From Oopsacas minuta (taxonomy: Eukaryota > Animalia > Porifera), in the NCBI GenBank assembly GCA_024704765.1, contig JAKMXF010000188.1:124001-188000 (forward strand): a stretch of DNA of 64,000 bases. Direction: 5' to 3'. Every line of letters starts with the position of its first letter. Position 1 is the stretch's first letter. Below the pieces are notes generated by a model, which was not told the origin of the DNA, ran no database searches, and saw only the letters and a program-made list of their open reading frames with translations. Of the stretch, positions 34,322-46,113 are shown piece by piece. The translations under genes were made by a program, and so were the position numbers.

Positions 34322-34897
34322 CTACTTAACTTTAATTTTAGAATATTTGTAGATATGTACTTCTTGGGATTTTCTCTTCTTCCCTTTTACAATAGAATAA
34401 TCAGATTTTGATAAATTATACATCTGAAATAAGACCCTGATCTCTTCTATCATATTCTTTCCGATCCCAAATTTCAATTGATTTCTCTTTATTCCAATGC
34501 AACTAAGCCTTTTCACATTGAATAATTCGTTCAATGTATTCAGTGCTTCAAACACAAGAAAGATTGTCTCATTCTTATGGAACAATTGACTCAAATGAAA
34601 TCGCATTACTTCTGGAATGGCATTAGTAACAATTACAAACTCTAATTCGTCTTTTTCTAAGCATCTAATCAGTTCATTGAGCCCGATAATATAAGGTTTA
34701 ACTGGTTTAATAATCTTATCAGATTCAGACATTCCTTTGAGTATACTCTTTATCTCCAGCAAGTAACGAGAGAGTAAATTACCAAATTGAGCGATACTAT
34801 CTCCTGTTACCACCTGCCAATCAGATTCAAAGTTAGTCAGAACTGTAGGATAATATGGATGTTTACTTATATTTACTTTTAGGCTCTTAGATGCCAT
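34322..34897 (-). CDS. RPP38: L7Ae-family RNase P/MRP subunit p38
   Basis: IIGLNELIRCLEKDELEFVIV...MRFHLSQL...LNELFNVKRLSCIGIK (L7Ae fold) and a basic C-terminal tail. Confidence 0.75.
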   Translation of the reverse strand: MASKSLKVNISKHPYYPTVLTNFESDWQVVTGDSIAQFGNLLSRYLLEIKSILKGMSESDKIIKPVKPYIIGLNELIRCLEKDELEFVIVTNAIPEVMRFHLSQLFHKNETIFLVFEALNTLNELFNVKRLSCIGIKRNQLKFGIGKNMIEEIRVLFQMYNLSKSDYSIVKGKKRKSQEVHIYKYSKIKVK

Positions 34898-35306
34898 TAA
34901 CCTGCATATATGTATCTATGAATACAATAAAGATATTGAATAACTGAAGATTAGTATTTACAGTGGAACCTGCATAAACCGACGCTCGCTGGGAAAAACG
35001 TATACGTATCATTACCCTAAATAAATGTATTATGTGCTACACATCTGTATATCTAGATTTCATATCTACAAAGTGTTATTACAGTAGACTCTCGTTAATA
35101 CGTACACCAGGGGACTGCCAAAATACGTACTCCTTATCCGGAGTACGTATTATTGAGACTCTACTCACTAGTCTGCTGTATTTCTAAATATGGAAATCTG
35201 AAGAGGTATAAATTGTCATATATTTATTTAATCAGTAATATCGATATTGTACTCTATCATTTGAAGGTCAGTAATTACAAGCACTCTTACAATAATATAT
35301 TAAAAA

Positions 35307-36479
35307 CTAATCAGTGCTGAATAGACTCTCTCTAGGAGATTCTACTCTCTGACCCCCTCCATATCCAATAGCCTCCAGTACCTGTGTGAAAGTCTCTTCG
35401 TCTCCAATTTCAAGTTGTGGATCTTCCTTTGCTTCTCTAAAGTGACAGGGACTTAGTGGACGTAAGGCGGAGGCGCTGATATCGCCTCTTATCTGAGACA
35501 AACGCTCATAGAGTTGGAAATCTACTCCAGCTGCTGTAGCCTCCACAATTCTATCGCTTTTTACCTCATCCATGGTCTCTCTTATCAGACGCTGCACGTT
35601 AGCGTCGAAATCAGGGTCGCACTGATCTGAGGATGGCTGTAGAGGTGCTGTTCCTACCCTGAATCCAGGTTTAGAACGTACGTCCTCGGAGTCAGCATCA
35701 TCCAGCTGCATCCAGTCCATACTCTCCATCATCTCTAGTTCGTCTAGGAGAGACGGATTTTGAGAGAAGAGAGTCTTTCTCTCGTCAAACTCTGTGTCTC
35801 GTTTAGAGTATGAATGCACTATAGCATTTTCAAATTCTTTCTCAGCCATCACCTGAGCTAACAGGTCGTCTTCAGGAATATCAGTACTAGATTGCACAAT
35901 TAGTTTAAGCGGGAACCCAGGCTTTCCTTCTACATACGAGCTGTCCACTGAAAATCCCCTCAGCTTGTCTAGACGATCCCGCAGCTCAGTTTCAGTAGGC
36001 AGAACTTGTGGTTCTCCAGTAGTCTCCTTCAGAGCATTCAATCTATCCTCTAACTGCTGGTCCCTAGGATCAATACCCAGTGCTCCGTCAAAGCTCAGTC
36101 CGGTGCCTGCCAATTGGAACTGTATTCGCTTCTGACTGACTTCTTGAGGCGGTTCCCCTCCCTCTTGTAGATATTTTGGGAGGATAGCGCTAGGAATGTT
36201 TGAATCAGATTCTGATTGCTTACCATGAGTGAAATAAGAGTTTTCTCTCTCTTTCCCAGGATCTGACTGGAGGTAGGAGGGTAGATTGAAATCAGTTTTC
36301 TTTGTTATTTTATCATTTTGACATTTGTAACAATTGTTACAAACTCTGCGTTTATCGTTGTCCTCTCCGCCGACAGAAGGATAAGTAGGACAGTTTTTAC
36401 AGACAATACCTCCACACTTCATACAAACTAACGGATGTTTCCCACTCAACTTTTTGTAACATGTTGTACAGTGACTCAT
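35307..36479 (-). CDS. ZFYVE19: ZFYVE19/ANCHR-like protein with an N-terminal atypical FYVE finger
   Basis: CTTC...CMKCGGIVCKNC...RVCNNC finger; DQQLEDRLNALK and PTETELRDRLDKLRG repeats as in ZFYVE19. No C-terminal B-box seen. Confidence 0.65.
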   Translation of the reverse strand: MSHCTTCYKKLSGKHPLVCMKCGGIVCKNCPTYPSVGGEDNDKRRVCNNCYKCQNDKITKKTDFNLPSYLQSDPGKERENSYFTHGKQSESDSNIPSAILPKYLQEGGEPPQEVSQKRIQFQLAGTGLSFDGALGIDPRDQQLEDRLNALKETTGEPQVLPTETELRDRLDKLRGFSVDSSYVEGKPGFPLKLIVQSSTDIPEDDLLAQVMAEKEFENAIVHSYSKRDTEFDERKTLFSQNPSLLDELEMMESMDWMQLDDADSEDVRSKPGFRVGTAPLQPSSDQCDPDFDANVQRLIRETMDEVKSDRIVEATAAGVDFQLYERLSQIRGDISASALRPLSPCHFREAKEDPQLEIGDEETFTQVLEAIGYGGGQRVESPRESLFSTD

Positions 36480-37312
36480 TCTAAATAATAAATTACATAA
36501 TTAATATCACAATACACTAGATACTGTCAGGTGTAACGTGTAAGGGATTAGTATTCGTGCGATCATTTTTTACCAAAAGAGTCCCTAAACGTCAATCACG
36601 GGTGAAATAGTATATAGTCCATGTAAACGAGGCATTAAACCACTACTAAGCCAAATTAACAATTCAACGTTCTCCTATTTAGATCATGAACTGATAGTTT
36701 GATACAGATTGGATTTAATACAAATGACATAATAAAAACATTACTGTATAAAATTGATCAATCAAATTAGTAGCTAAGTGTCATGTAACGATATGTCGGT
36801 ATCCCAGAAGAGAGTTTCCAATGTCTAATCAGATATCGATAATCCTCTTACTCAATTTGTTTATTCTCACACGAGAAAGACAACCCAGCCAGCCCCAGTT
36901 ATATCAAAGAGCAAAGGACCCAAATAATTAGTTCTATATAACAGATGTAATTTGTGTTGCTTTTTCGGTTTAGGACCATATTTGTACAATTTTAATCCTT
37001 CAATATAAGAGGGTATATCGATTTATCCGTAATTGATATAACTAAAGTTGACTGTAACTCGAAATTATCAATCTATTAAAGTAGTGCCTGCCTGTAATCT
37101 CATACAACAGTACTATAACTCTATGAGCTATGAATATGAAACTCTCAGCGGATATGCTGTACTTTGAGTTATTTCAAAGAAAATTAATAAGCTCATAGGG
37201 TAGAGTTGTTAGTAAACCAAGAAAATATAGCATTTAATTGAAAGCCCATCATTGAACAATACTCCAGTATCCATGACGTAATCCTAATCTAAATGAGCTC
37301 GGTCTGATTAAT

Positions 37313-37927
37313 CTATCCTAAGATCTTTCCAAGGAAGCTATTCCATTGTTCCATATCGAAGCCACTAGCTTCTGGCACAGCTACATCATTCACGAAGAAA
37401 GTAGGGGTCCCACTGACGTCACGATAGCAGGCATACTTCCAGGCCTGTCTCGCTCGGGTATCAAACTGAATATTCCTATACCCGTTTAATATTACTTGCG
37501 CTTTAATGCCAGTACTCGTTTCTGCAGCAATAGCATACTTCTGCTTGACTTGAGGCTCAGTTAGACCTACTGCTCCAGTGATAAAGTCATCATAATGTTG
37601 GAATATATATGTCATGTAATTAGTATACTTGCTAGTATTAGTATGCATTATGGTCTCTCCAGCCCAGGCAGCAAAGAATGAATTATGATGATATGGCAGT
37701 GGGAATATATGGACAGCAACTCCTAGTCTATTCTTCAGATAATCCTGAGAGATTACCTTAGAGAACATAGGCCAGTCTGCAGCACAATCAGAACAAATAT
37801 TATCAAAGAAGGCATCTATGAATACGTCACTAGTTCTATTTCCCATCAGTAGGTGGCCCAGCTGTCTCTCAGGTGTCTGTAGAGCATAGCTCAGAGATAG
37901 TGCAGTTAATAGCAACAGGATAATCAT
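37313..37927 (-). CDS. Secreted DsbA/thioredoxin-fold protein (CSDC)
   Basis: Signal peptide MIILLLLTALSLSYA; FFDNICSDC, FPLPYHHNSF and cis-Pro loop GTPTFFVN. Alternative ATG at 37978. Confidence 0.8.
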   Translation of the reverse strand: MIILLLLTALSLSYALQTPERQLGHLLMGNRTSDVFIDAFFDNICSDCAADWPMFSKVISQDYLKNRLGVAVHIFPLPYHHNSFFAAWAGETIMHTNTSKYTNYMTYIFQHYDDFITGAVGLTEPQVKQKYAIAAETSTGIKAQVILNGYRNIQFDTRARQAWKYACYRDVSGTPTFFVNDVAVPEASGFDMEQWNSFLGKILG

Positions 37928-39034
37928 TCTGCTTACTAATTGACTACAGTAGAATTGGTAATTAGCTATACTGATCATGTATAGTCTTCTATTTACGAAT
38001 GGTTTTGAGCTTCACAATGTTACTGGTTGCTTATTTCCTAACCATTACAAAATTTCCATTAAACATGCGGTTATTATACATTGTAGAAATATCTGTACCA
38101 TTATCTTGTATAGTTTTCCTTCAGCATATTTTCAGCACAACTTCACTGATAAATAAATCATCAAAAGATTTATAGAGACAGTGACATTCTTTCTATCATA
38201 CCAAAATTAGTTCCAACTTTTGAAAACAAGAAAGCTATGCCAAGAAAATTATGTACAAAATTTCAAAATAATAAGTTATCTATAGCTACAGTCAAGAGAT
38301 GGTTTATAGAATTCAAGTATGAAATTTTGAACCTTGAAGGCCAAGTCGGATCGAGACGCTGTCGCAGAATGAATTTTTTAGTCTGTTGAGGAATGGGAAC
38401 AGCCGACTCTAATGTGGCTTAGGAAATGATTCAACATGAGATTGGAATCTGATAGCTGATCCGGACCAAGCAAAACATTAAATATTACAACAATCTACCC
38501 TTAGATAAGCGATGTGCCCCTTGGATCCCTTTACAGGATATTCCAGTACCATCCTAAGTAGAAAAATTTCCTTAACGAAAACTATTCAATAAAATGATAC
38601 AAAATTTCTCTAAAGTATAATAACCTCATATGTATAACCGAATTATGTAATGGTTTGGTTAAACAACCAGTAACATGGTTAGGATCAAAACTTATTGAGT
38701 GGCCTTCGTATAAGTAAACCTCATAGATATTTGGGAGAATATGCTATGCAGCATAATGGAAGTTGCCCCCATCCCATTAGAAGAGTCATTATGTCAGATT
38801 ACAACTAATTAGCTGTTGCAGGGGAAATTCTAGCAATGTTTTGAAGGATATGCCGAAAGGTGTGAAAATATGATTATCAAATGGTAAATGTGTTTTTGTA
38901 ATTTCAGGCTAAACTGGACAATGGTCACCCAAGTAGACATAGCCATAGGAACTACACTAAAATATAGGAAAATAATTCTCTAAGTATTCGATTGCCCTAG
39001 TACACCATATATCTTCGGGACTCATTTAATGGGC

Positions 39035-39700
39035 CAGAGACGTCGCCACAGGGGGGCGTAGGGGGCAATGCCCCCCCTGGTAAAATATCGTGTCTCGGGA
39101 CTTAACCCCTCTGGTAAACTCGTACCACTGGGCAATCAAAGAAAACTATAAAATTCCGGCTCGCTTCGCTCGCATTTTACCTTCATATATTATGAATACA
39201 CCCAAATATCAGCGGAGATATCATATATTGATCTATGTAACGTACCTAGGTAATATTTACGAATATTACCCCAGCACATGTATCTATCCTATTCATATAC
39301 GCAAAGCACAAAGTGAATCTAAAAATATTCCAAACCAAATGTGTATTACTCAGTTATGAGAAAATGTTTCAAGGTTCAAACCTACGTGCCAGTAGAAAGG
39401 TAATTAATGTGGTAGCAATTAAAGATTGTTGTCCAGGGGCCTCCACTGGAATATTTGCAGCGGCCCAGACCCCCCACTGTAGTGGCGTCGTGGTATATGT
39501 GACTGGGGGAACGGGGACCGCAAATCATTACTCCAAGGATCAGAAAAATCTCAACTTTATGGGCCAACTGAAAACCAAAGTTATTTCTTGCGATGGGGGC
39601 TTTACTGATTGTTTACAGGCTCATAGACCCTCATCCAGAACTTGTTGCCTACCAGATTGAATTTGTGCCCCCCAGATTTCAAAGCCACACGACGCAACTG
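39035..39700. mobile_element. Degenerate hAT-like MITE (source of spurious ORFs at 39090-39660)
   Basis: Ends CAGAGACGTCG / CGACGCAACTG with GGGGGCAATGCCCCCC subterminal motifs. No TSD. Confidence 0.4.
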
Positions 39701-39940
39701 CCCAGCTGGATGGTTATACCTAACTAGAAATTTATAGATCCGCCACTTGTCATGCCAAGTGCAAAACAGGTGAAAACACCTTGCCCCTCGTCCTGCCCTC
39801 TGGTAACTTCCCTGTTAATGGGCCCGACAATAGTCCCTAATTGAAAAAGGAATATACGCAGATACTATACATATATATATACGTGAAAAATTCACAACTT
39901 AACATAATATAAGCTTGTTTCATAAAAATATAAAATAACA

Positions 39941-41956
39941 TTAATGCTCTTTATTTTTAACCAGAGACACACTGTCTTCATTGGCTGAGTAATGAACTAT
40001 ATGATCCATGGTATCATCCACAGCATAGTCCTGAGTCTGAGTAAGGCCGAGTTTATAAGAAATACGCATTATTCTCCTTCTAACCGAGAATAATGAGTTC
40101 TTAATCATATGCCATAACTCCTTGTATTCGTACAGCATACCTAACGGAACAGGAATGATGGTACTCAATATGATAAATACTATTACAGCGAGTGACCAGA
40201 TTGGGTAATGCACTTGTACTTGCGTATAATTCTGGAATGCAGTATACTTAGGTCTTCCAGTCAACTGGTATATTAAACTGCCTGAGAATATGACTATCAT
40301 AACGAGAGGAGCTACTATTATCCAACTGATAGACCAGAAATACAGTGTAAATCCTTTAAACCATTTATTAGACCGTATTCTAGCTAGTCTGCTAGTAGCA
40401 GCCGTCACTATGATCTCACCCGTCTGATACCAGAGTATTTTATTGACTCCGAAGAACCAAGCAACCCCGATAAACTCAAAAAATATAACAACAAACAGAG
40501 AGTAGGAAGCAGCAAATTCATCTATCAACCCGAATATATACTGACCATTACCCAGCACGAAGATGACGCTACACACAGTGAATATACTACAGATAATGAA
40601 TGAGATTATTGTTTCGTGTACTTTTGACATGTAAGGCAAGGAACGAGCTGCTTCCGTCAGAGATTGTATTGACGGGAATTGAGAACTGAGTCCAAGAGAT
40701 AGCATCATCAAGAAGAATAGGACACTCCAAAGAGGAGCAGGAGGAGTATCCAGCAGAGCAGATGCTACAGCTATAAATACAAGTCCAGGACCTGCTACTA
40801 TATCTTGTACGCTCTCCCCTCTGAGGTGTGCGTTATGTCCGAGTATCATAAACACTACTATCCCAGAGAATATGGAAGTACCAGAGTTTACTAATGACAC
40901 GAATATAACGCTAGGAAATACATTAGTTTTCTGATCTAGATGAGAAGCCAGCACAATATTACCACCAGTACCTAAACTGAGACTGAAGAATATTTGAGAA
41001 CCTGCCTGTAGCCACACTTTAAAGTTTAATAGCAGCTTAAGGTTAGGATAGAATAGAGCCTTCAGGCCCTCCCCTGCTCCTTCAAATGTTGCTCCTCTAA
41101 TAAGCAATACAGTTAGCACTATATATGGGAATATAGTTGTGACGTAAGCAATCTTACCAAAGCTCTTTATACCTTTGAAAGTGCATAAGAATATAAGTAA
41201 CCATGCTCCGATGATACATAGCATTAGTTTCCAAGAGAAACCAGTAGTATCCTCTATGGTAGAGGTTACACCAGCAACAGAGCTATAATAGAAGAGAGTA
41301 GGAGCAGACTTATTGCATGCCTGTCTGAGAAGAGAATCATTAATCCTGGATATATTCCCGCAGTAAGCAAGAGATGACCAGGCTGGAGGATTTTGAAAGG
41401 AGCTGAATAGATAAAATAGAACATAAGCTATTAGCAGACTGTAGTTAAATGTTATGTATATCATAGTGACGATAGCCGCGAGTCCTACCCCACAGAATGG
41501 AGGCACGAGACGGTGCATAGCATTAAGAGGTCCTACCTGCGAAATTTTACCAATATGCACCTCTAGATAGAAGGCAGGTACACCCAGTATAAATAGCATC
41601 AAGAAGTAAGGAATGAGAAAAGCACCACCGCCATTCAATTGTACATAGTAAGAAAATCTCCATACATTACCGAACCCTACAGCATAGCCTACAAGAGATA
41701 AGATATACTCTGCTCTGCTACTCCATCTCTCCTTCTTAGGGCGAGCAGTTAGCTGTCCTGATTTAAGATATCTATAAGAATTTTCATACGACTCATCGCT
41801 TACATTACTCTTAATACCTCCCTTGCTGCGCATAGATACACTGAGTGTATTGCTTTTATCGTTATATTGGTGATGTGGTGATAATGATGAGGTTATCAGA
41901 TGGGAACGAATGTCGTCATGGTTAGGGCTGATATTCTCAGGTTTTTCAGGATCCAT
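39941..41956 (-). CDS. SLC6/NSS Na+-dependent transporter, probably nutrient amino-acid type, intronless, 671 aa
   Basis: RWSSRAEYILSLVGYAVGFGNVWRFSY..QLNGGGAFLIPY; QIFFSL; VNSGTSIFSG; GPGLVF; LGLSSQF; 12 TM segments. Confidence 0.95.
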   Translation of the reverse strand: MDPEKPENISPNHDDIRSHLITSSLSPHHQYNDKSNTLSVSMRSKGGIKSNVSDESYENSYRYLKSGQLTARPKKERWSSRAEYILSLVGYAVGFGNVWRFSYYVQLNGGGAFLIPYFLMLFILGVPAFYLEVHIGKISQVGPLNAMHRLVPPFCGVGLAAIVTMIYITFNYSLLIAYVLFYLFSSFQNPPAWSSLAYCGNISRINDSLLRQACNKSAPTLFYYSSVAGVTSTIEDTTGFSWKLMLCIIGAWLLIFLCTFKGIKSFGKIAYVTTIFPYIVLTVLLIRGATFEGAGEGLKALFYPNLKLLLNFKVWLQAGSQIFFSLSLGTGGNIVLASHLDQKTNVFPSVIFVSLVNSGTSIFSGIVVFMILGHNAHLRGESVQDIVAGPGLVFIAVASALLDTPPAPLWSVLFFLMMLSLGLSSQFPSIQSLTEAARSLPYMSKVHETIISFIICSIFTVCSVIFVLGNGQYIFGLIDEFAASYSLFVVIFFEFIGVAWFFGVNKILWYQTGEIIVTAATSRLARIRSNKWFKGFTLYFWSISWIIVAPLVMIVIFSGSLIYQLTGRPKYTAFQNYTQVQVHYPIWSLAVIVFIILSTIIPVPLGMLYEYKELWHMIKNSLFSVRRRIMRISYKLGLTQTQDYAVDDTMDHIVHYSANEDSVSLVKNKEH

Positions 41957-43083
41957 TGTTATTAAACTTTTGGGTTATTTGTATGTGTGTTGTGTCGGTT
42001 AGTAGGGATGGTAGTAGAGCATTATAATGCGTTAAAATCAGTCAAATTAGCTAAAACTGATATAAAAGAAATAATTATTGTTAAAAATATACTAAAGCAT
42101 AGATCAAACCAGTGGCTTAGCAAGGGGTGTTGCTCCCTGGATTCTGCCGCCCTACAAACTATAGTTAATATCAACCATTACTAATAGATATATGTTCTGG
42201 TAAACTCTCATTATAAGTGCTCGGGACCTCGGTTGCATTTGGTTATAAGCGGAGTTTGTTGAACTAATATATCCATTTGAGCGGAATTAGATCAACTGGG
42301 GTTGTAATGAGCTGACTTCGTTATAACGGGCTGAAATTCAATAGCTTTTGGCTTAAAGGGGGTAATAAATAACTTCGTTATAAGCGTAATTTCGTTGTAT
42401 CCATCCATCCACAGTAGAAACTAGTCAATACGTAACCGAACGGAAAATTTGTTCTCTAGAGTATGTATTAATCGGAACAATATCTATTGAAAACCGTTGT
42501 AGGAACCTGATTTTGTGTAAATATTTGTTCGTACTAACGAGGTTCCACTGTATTTTGTTATAAACGAAGTTTTTAGAATGTAATTAGATGGAAGGAATCG
42601 GAATAAACGGGGGGGTAGAATATATGGAGGATTTGTAACCTCCAAAGTACAAAATAAATTAGAATACGTACATCACCGAGCTAAGTACTTAGTCGTCATT
42701 TCCCCTATATTATGATTTATTTACTGTTGTTAGTTGTTACAAAAATCGCAACTTCCCTCTCTCGGGGGCTTGAAATTAATAATCGACCCTGCGATTATTC
42801 GAGGTAATACGATATTTCAAATTTTAGTAGAATAAGTAAGGAAAACTACACATATACTTTACAGATTACAATTAGGATAGAATAATGCATATTGGATGGG
42901 GTTTTAATCGTTATCCTCAAAGTTTACTACATACAAACTATCAAGTTATAAATCTTAATAATAGTGTTGAAAATGAGCAGATAAATAAAAGAATTAGCTA
43001 TTTACCTCTTGGATTGGGCGTAACCATAACCATGGTACTTTAGTTAAGTGATAACGTGCTGATGTAGAGCTAAGCCCCTCTGA

Positions 43084-43408
43084 TTACTTCTGAATTTGAT
43101 CTAATGATTTGACAATATCTGCAGCAGTTGGTCTCAAATTTGGGTCATCAAAAATACAGCTAACATATATAGACTTTATATTCTCAGGACACCAATACGG
43201 CATAGAGAGGTATCCTGTCTTTGGGATTTTCCCAGTTAGTATTTCCCATAAAATTATGCCAAACGACCAAATATCAATTTTTTCAGTCGCTCTGTGTCTG
43301 TACACAACTTCAGGAGCTGCCCATGCTAGAGTGTAAGAGCTCTGAGCAGTCATATTGTCTTGTGTCATCAAACGAGCTATACCTACATCTCCGATCTTAG
43401 CGATGTAC
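43084..43408 (-). CDS. TKL-group protein kinase, last exon (subdomains VII-XI)
   Basis: Acceptor CAG| at 43409 (phase 2). YIAKIGDVGIARL...TLAWAAPEV...DIWSFGIILWEI...RPTA. Confidence 0.9.
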
Positions 43409-44031
43409 CTGTGTGTATATATTGTAAATAATCAGATATGCTAGAAGAGAGGGTGGATAATAAGAATTGATTACAATCATTTACTTAAACGATCTGAAAT
43501 ACATATAATTACGACTATGCATGAATCCACTCATATGAATATGTCCCATTAATGAAATATTAAGATAGCTGTGTTTGTAATTAGGAGATAATTGAAAGAA
43601 GACATTGAATTGTGTATAACTCAATCCACGTACCTTAGCTCAGTACTAAATTGGAACTAGATCTCTAGAAGCATATGGAGGCTGTTACGATTGACAATCA
43701 ACTCGTGCCTATTCTAACTCATACGATACATCAACTAGCCCCTAGTTAACTCAACTTTGAGGTGGCGTAAAATCTTCTGATCAACAGCTGGAGGCGTGTG
43801 CATAACTAGTACAAAAATCTGATCCACAAAGCAATAAGAAACACTCTAAGACAGCATCGAAGGGGCGTAAAAATAGGTACGAGTTGACAAGAACTGAAGA
43901 CGACTTGTGCCAAAATATGGACGAGTTGTCTGGCCTCTGTAAACAATGTAATCATGTAAGACTCCTAGTGCTTCGGGGGTATTTCAATGTATAATAATGC
44001 TATTAGACCTTATAACTTGCTCCATTAACTA

Positions 44032-44202
44032 CAGTAGAACTCGGCTAAGTTAGTAAGTACTCAGCTTAAGAAGTACTTTTCTGTAATACGGATATCTATT
44101 TTGTACTAATTGTATACGAATTAAGAATATTCAGATATTACGTAATTGGATTAGTACATTGTACTAGCTTTTGTTCCAGTGCGTTTTATCCGAGTTCTAC
44201 TG
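44032..44202. mobile_element. Tigger/pogo-type MITE in a kinase intron
   Basis: TIR CAGTAGAACTCGG(C/A)TAA with TA flanks. Confidence 0.8.
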
Positions 44203-44496
44203 TAATAAGCTTCATTGTGTACCAGTAGACTATGGCGAGAGAACAGATAATTCTACTACTAGACTACAACAACCGGCAATCATCCAACTAATGCAATACT
44301 ATATAAGTATTAAAGCTCAATAATATTGCAGTAAAGACAAATAAAACGATTGATCTTAATCTCTCCCATCGCGTACCATGAACAATTTGTAATAAGACTA
44401 TACACGACCATTGATTATATTCAAATTCCGAGAACCCACTCGTAATACTAATCAAGTAATAGGACATAATACAATATACGTAGCACCTGATCTAAC

Positions 44497-44852
44497 CTGT
44501 GAAGCATTACATTTGAACTCTTCAGGTCTCGATGCACTACAGTAGGATCTCTCTTATGAAGATAATTCATACCTAACGCTATGTCTCTAGCAATAGACAA
44601 GCCGTACTCCCCGCTCCACTGCATCTTAGGGTCATTCTTAAGTCCAGTGAATAAGTCTACGTCCATTAACTCAGTCACCATGTATATATTATTAGGAAGT
44701 AAACAAGCACCGTAGAACTGTAGTATGTTACGGTGATGTAGTTTGCTAATTAGCTCTATCTCCTGAGCAAAAGGTTTCAGTGACTCTTTGCTTGATATCT
44801 TGCATATCTTAACAGCAACATCATCTACTTCATACATAAGTCCCCTGTATAC
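44497..44852 (-). CDS. TKL-group protein kinase, middle exon (subdomains I-VIb)
   Basis: Acceptor CTAG| at 44853 (phase 0). VYRG..VAVK..FAQEIELISKLHHRNILQFYGAC..MVTELM..HRDLKSSNV. Donor AG|GTTAGA at 44496 (phase 2) matches the next exon. Confidence 0.9.
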
Positions 44853-44929
44853 CTAGCAAGAGAGTAAGGTAGACATGAGTCCTTAACTTCGAAAACGTAG
44901 ATATATATCTATATCGAGTAGTTATTCTC

Positions 44930-45280
44930 AGGATCCTAGGGTCTTGATAGAAAATGCCAAAACCCTAGGGTCCAAGCTCAGAATTTTATCCTAGGACCCT
45001 AAGGTCCTAGTCCAAATATTCGCTCTAGGACCTATATTTGCTAATGCAAATTTAACTTTATATCTCAACTATTAAACACGCAATTTGTTTTTTCTCTATA
45101 ATCCAATCAAACACCACACCAGTTATCCAATAGTGTACTGAAATGCTCATATCCTGTGCTAATGTAAAGAAAGAAACTAATCAAAATACAAATTCACTAA
45201 ACTGATATAATAAGTTTTAAAAATACACTAAATATAGGGTCCTAGAGCGAAATTATACTCTAGGGCCCTAGGGTCTTAGA
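44930..45280. mobile_element. MITE rich in CTAGGAC/GTCCTAG motifs in a kinase intron
   Basis: Inverted repeat TTCGCTCTAGGACCTATATTT (45019-45039) / AAATATAGGGTCCTAGAGCGAA (45230-45251). Boundaries approximate. Confidence 0.5.
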
Positions 45281-45603
45281 TATATTTTCCTATATATACC
45301 TACTACGTATATGCTAATAATATATGATATTACTGCAAGGTTTGATACGGTCTATCTAAGTGAATAGACGCCAGAGAGTTTATACAATGTCTACAATTAG
45401 AAAAGTACTCAATACAACAAAAAAAGCACAGTAATTGTGTTGATGGCAAAGATAATAACCAAAAAGAGTTTATACAGGTATATACCTAGCGAGCTAACTT
45501 AGTAGAATGTTAAATAAACAAACATATTAAATAGAGATGATGTATGATGTAACATTATTTATCTGTCAATGAATATTATTATTATTACAGTCTCAAGTCT
45601 TAC

Positions 45604-46113
45604 CTCACAATATCCACCCATCCCTAGTCTCCATTGTTTACCATCTTGAGTCTTACAAATGGCCAGACAGTCTGGATTAATCTCCCAGTCATTTTTCCTC
45701 TCGCCGTTCATTTTACTGCTGTTAGTTGGGACTGCGAAATTGTTCGAGAGGGAGGAAGAAGGTGTGGGGGAGGGAGAGGGGTATGATTGGCCGTTAAAAA
45801 CTTTGTGTTTAAGAGGTTTGGAGACGGAACGAACAGCTGGAGTATTATGTGCTCCGTTCATACGTGGAATTGCAAATAAAGGAGCCGGGGGTACTCTAAA
45901 AGGTCCATCATTTACTTCTATTCCAAACTTTGGCAGATTTATATTATTGCCTATATCTGTCTCCTCCGGAATAGAGGGCAGTAGTATCGGGTTCTTAGGA
46001 GCTAGAGGCGCTACATCAATATCTATAGGCTGAGATCCATTTGAGCCAATAGTAGAGCTGGTACTAATATCACTGTCCTGACTCTCTAGAGATGATCTCG
46101 CTCTATAATTCAT
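45604..46113 (-). CDS. TKL-group protein kinase, 5' exon (Ser/Pro-rich region plus Gly loop)
   Basis: ...NDWEINPDCLAICKTQDGKQWRLGMGGYCE| with donor GTAAGA at 45603 (phase 0). The three exons total 396 aa from ATG 46113. The 5' end is uncertain because of a possible acceptor at 46103. Confidence 0.85.

Noticed and set aside
5111-36479. Functional ubiquitin/autophagy or ciliary gene cluster
   Set aside because: These categories are large and are interleaved with unrelated genes (SLC52, CMTR2, RPP38), so enrichment is not demonstrable.
39090-39660. ORFs of 89, 115 and 61 aa
   Set aside because: They lie inside a degenerate MITE and have no protein motifs.
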